Shown: positions 63,694-64,000 of the stretch, piece by piece | Layout: each line of letters begins with the position of its first letter | Numbering within the stretch: position 1 is the stretch's first letter | Assembly (NCBI GenBank): GCA_002633005.1 | Contig: NMRA01000330.1 | Coordinates: 372,001 to 436,000, forward strand | Source of the DNA: Phoronis australis | Lineage: Eukaryota > Animalia > Phoronida | Length of the DNA: 64,000 nt | Reading direction: 5' to 3' | Notes under the pieces: model-generated | Told to the model about the DNA's origin: nothing | Databases searched by the model: none | Seen by the model: the letters and a program-made list of their open reading frames with translations, nothing else | Program-made: the position numbers and the translations under genes

Positions 63694-64000
63694 TTATGCG
63701 GTCCTGACTACTCTTGAAGAGTAACTCATGAAAACAAGCACAAGAATCATGTCTTGCCAAGAAGTAATTCACAAACCGAATAATACATGTATACTTTAAC
63801 TTGAAAAATTGAAACGTATTCATTACAGGCAAGATCAATGAGCGACAGTCTTCACCGGTAATACTACAACACATATGCCGTAAATAAACCAGGTTCGTTC
63901 TACGCAGCAGTAGCGACGACCGGTAAACAATCACTCAAGCTTGTCCAAACAACAAATCTAAATTTTCCAAAAGAATAAACACATGTAATTCATACTACTA

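Noticed and set aside
54298-64000. Short ORFs in the distal 10 kb (e.g. 54298-54672, 63467-63934)
   Set aside because: No recognisable domains, no chain of phase-compatible exons, and several overlap repeats. Treated as intergenic.

Overview
AT-rich, intron-rich eukaryotic (animal) genomic DNA from a draft assembly: N gaps at 286-463 and 27159-27213, single-N joins at 8435 and 62542. Gene content and repeats suggest a marine invertebrate, possibly a lophotrochozoan (inference only). Three multi-exon genes were reconstructed by hand from GT-AG sites with consistent intron phases. (1) Minus strand 563-18972: complete front-end fatty acyl desaturase (FADS1/FADS2 family, 11 coding exons, 438 aa, HPGG + HDFGH/HYQHH/QIEHH). 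Two of its exons also appear as near-identical second copies next to assembly joins. (2) Plus strand 28841-37511: secreted 352-aa NIDO-domain protein ending in a variant chitin-binding type-2 (CBM14/peritrophin-A-like) domain. (3) Minus strand 38508-54134: secreted ~1540-aa astacin (M12A) metalloprotease with an EGF-like module and 25 tandem ShKT domains, 13 of them in one 1.8-kb exon. This is the most unusual object in the window. The rest is intronic or intergenic, with MITE/foldback elements, a hairpin-unit minisatellite behind a tRNA-like head, and probable haplotype duplications. No rRNA, intact tRNA or CRISPR array is supported.
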